Position numbers and translations under genes: made by a program | Source of the DNA: a virus | Virus genome (UHGV): UHGV-0388295 | DNA length: 5,525 bases | Strand: one strand, 5' to 3' | Shown: one piece after another, positions 4,040 to 5,525 of the stretch | Position numbering within the stretch: position 1 is the first letter of the stretch | How the letters are laid out: each line of letters opens with the position of its first letter | Notes under the pieces: generated by a model | Told to the model about the DNA's origin: nothing | The model's database searches: none | What the model saw: the letters and a program-made list of their open reading frames with translations, nothing else

Positions 4040-5525
4040 TTATAAATTTGGAATTTGTTTTGCTGACATTACTCGACGTGCTGTTACGTCGAACGCTACT
4101 TGTACCCAGAAGTTCTGTGAACTTAATCTCGACTCTGCGAATATGCTGTTGTATATTGTAGGGTCGATGTATGTCGATGCGTTTTTGATCGAGCCGTTAG
4201 TATTTTCTTCGTATACTCTGTTTAAGCACATGAATGCTAAAGGCATTCCCGCGGCGAATTCGCCGTACGTTTCGTTCACGTCTGTTGTGTATTCGATCCA
4301 TGACGGTTGTTTTCCTAATGATTGGTACGTTTGTTTGTAGTTTTCAGTGGTTTCTGTGCTCCATGCAGCTGCTTCTTCTGCTATCAGTTCTTGAAATCCG
4401 ATTGCGTCCAACGTTGGCTTATGGAAGTCATCCATATTTTGCAGTCTTGTCCACCATTTGTTGCCTTGGCTGTAATCGATTCGGGGAGTAATCGATCCTA
4501 AGGCCATGATCATGCTTGGTTCTGTGCATTTGATTTTCAAGCCCCTTCCGGATTTGTACATGGTTGCGACTCCTCGGCCGGCAAGTGTTCCTAATGGCTC
4601 TTCCTCTGTTGCTGAGTTCGATACGATTTCGTCGAATGCGATTTCGCTCTGCATTCCGCCGCAGAATATAGGAGATTCGGGTAGTGTCGTGCTTCTGATT
4701 CCGTATGTCGCCTCTCTCCATGCCTGGTAGGTACCGTCTGTAATGGCTACGCGGTTCAGCATGTTGAAAATCTTCTTTTGGAGGATCAGAGCATCCATCG
4801 TAAGTTTTCCGTCGCTCACATCTACCGCCGTGATCGCGTTGATCCCTCCGGTCGTTCCGTCGATCCATTCGGTGTTCAGCCAGTTGTTGAACCTGTCGCT
4901 GAGGTATGTTTTTACCGCTAATCCCGCTTGCGAGAACCATGCGTTTGAGCTGTGATATGTTTTTGTGCGGTCGTAATTCGGCAGGTCGAGAGTCCCTGTT
5001 GCTGCCCCGTATGGCAATTTTCCATTATTCATTATATATGCCGAGGAGCTGGGTGCTGCTAAGATTGCACTCCGTTCGTCGTCGATGTTTTTTAATGGAA
5101 ATTGTGTTAGTTTGATTTTTTGGTTATTCGGCATTGTTATCGGATGTTCTCCGTCTAAACCCATGTTGTATGCGATCTTGATGCTCTTTTTGATTTTGTA
5201 TGCGAAGACTTTGGTTGCCTTCTTCGGGTCCTTCGGCTCCCTGAGCCCCAGCGCTTCCGGATCTGTTCGTTCGAATATAAAAGAGTCTCCGAGTTTTGTT
5301 AGTTTGTTGGTTTTTAATGTAGGATTTTCCGGATCATTCGTTAGAAACTGGATTTCATTGACCGTTTCGGGTGAGACGTTCTCCTCGAACTCTATCTTGA
5401 TGTACTTCGGAAGTTTTTCCGACGGTTCGATGTGGTATGTTGTAGTCTTGTTGGTCTTCCATGTTGTTGCCCAGGTGACTCCGCCTCCCATGCTGATGCT
5501 CTTCCAGATATGGTCTACTCCAGTG
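4040..5525 (-). CDS. VP1: Major capsid protein VP1, C-terminal part (stop TAA at 4042..4040). The ORF stays open to the window edge.
   Basis: The 483-aa ORF carries VP1-like motifs: AWFSQAGL…Y, LQKKIFNMLNRVAITDGTYQAWREATYG, LGTLAGRGVAT, PSWIEYTTDVNETYGEF, and a C-terminus …RRVMSAKQIPNL. The 34 nt upstream of the annotated Met, out to position 5525, are stop-free in the same frame (…VTGVDHIWKSIS-MGGG…). This part joins the N-terminal part at 1..560 to give about 681 aa in total. Confidence 0.9.
   Translation of the reverse strand, partial: TGVDHIWKSISMGGGVTWATTWKTNKTTTYHIEPSEKLPKYIKIEFEENVSPETVNEIQFLTNDPENPTLKTNKLTKLGDSFIFERTDPEALGLREPKDPKKATKVFAYKIKKSIKIAYNMGLDGEHPITMPNNQKIKLTQFPLKNIDDERSAILAAPSSSAYIMNNGKLPYGAATGTLDLPNYDRTKTYHSSNAWFSQAGLAVKTYLSDRFNNWLNTEWIDGTTGGINAITAVDVSDGKLTMDALILQKKIFNMLNRVAITDGTYQAWREATYGIRSTTLPESPIFCGGMQSEIAFDEIVSNSATEEEPLGTLAGRGVATMYKSGRGLKIKCTEPSMIMALGSITPRIDYSQGNKWWTRLQNMDDFHKPTLDAIGFQELIAEEAAAWSTETTENYKQTYQSLGKQPSWIEYTTDVNETYGEFAAGMPLAFMCLNRVYEENTNGSIKNASTYIDPTIYNSIFAESRLSSQNFWVQVAFDVTARRVMSAKQIPNL

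Noticed and set aside
4428-4940. 170-aa Arg-rich minus-strand ORF.
   Set aside because: It is out of frame inside VP1, and its RRNDRRDQRDHGGR-type composition is a frame-shift artefact.
1-5525. tRNA, rRNA, CRISPR repeats, integrase or transposase genes.
   Set aside because: No cloverleaf-compatible or conserved rRNA-like segments, no regularly spaced direct repeats, and no ORF with recombinase motifs were seen on either strand.

Overview
The window appears to be one complete, circularly permuted genome of a small ssDNA phage of the family Microviridae, about 5.5 kb, gokusho/Alpavirinae-like. All credible genes lie on the minus strand; the plus strand is T-rich and yields only Phe/Ser/Cys-rich nonsense ORFs. 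The gene order on the minus strand, in descending coordinates, is as follows. The major capsid protein VP1 is split by linearisation: its N-terminal part is 560..1 and its C-terminal part is 5525..4040, in frame across the window ends, about 681 aa in total. Next is a 107-aa K/E-rich protein (4035..3712). The only sizeable intergenic region (3711..3556) follows and holds a perfect 11-bp G/C-run hairpin. Then come the VP2 pilot/minor capsid protein (3555..2347) and the VP4 rolling-circle replication initiator (2308..1397, GTG start, HUH motif HLHGIIW, YxxKY motif). A tightly packed accessory block of three small ORFs of unknown function (119 aa, 56 aa, 101 aa) runs from Rep back into the VP1 start. 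The 56-aa ORF is missing from the ORF track, is predicted to span the membrane, and is a candidate lysis (amurin-like) protein. The 101-aa ORF carries an AP2/Arm-type DNA-binding-like signature. The absence of Shine-Dalgarno sequences, the AT-rich leaders and the long VP1 suggest a Bacteroidetes-infecting, Alpavirinae-like lineage; this is inference. No tRNA, rRNA, CRISPR array or integrase was seen.
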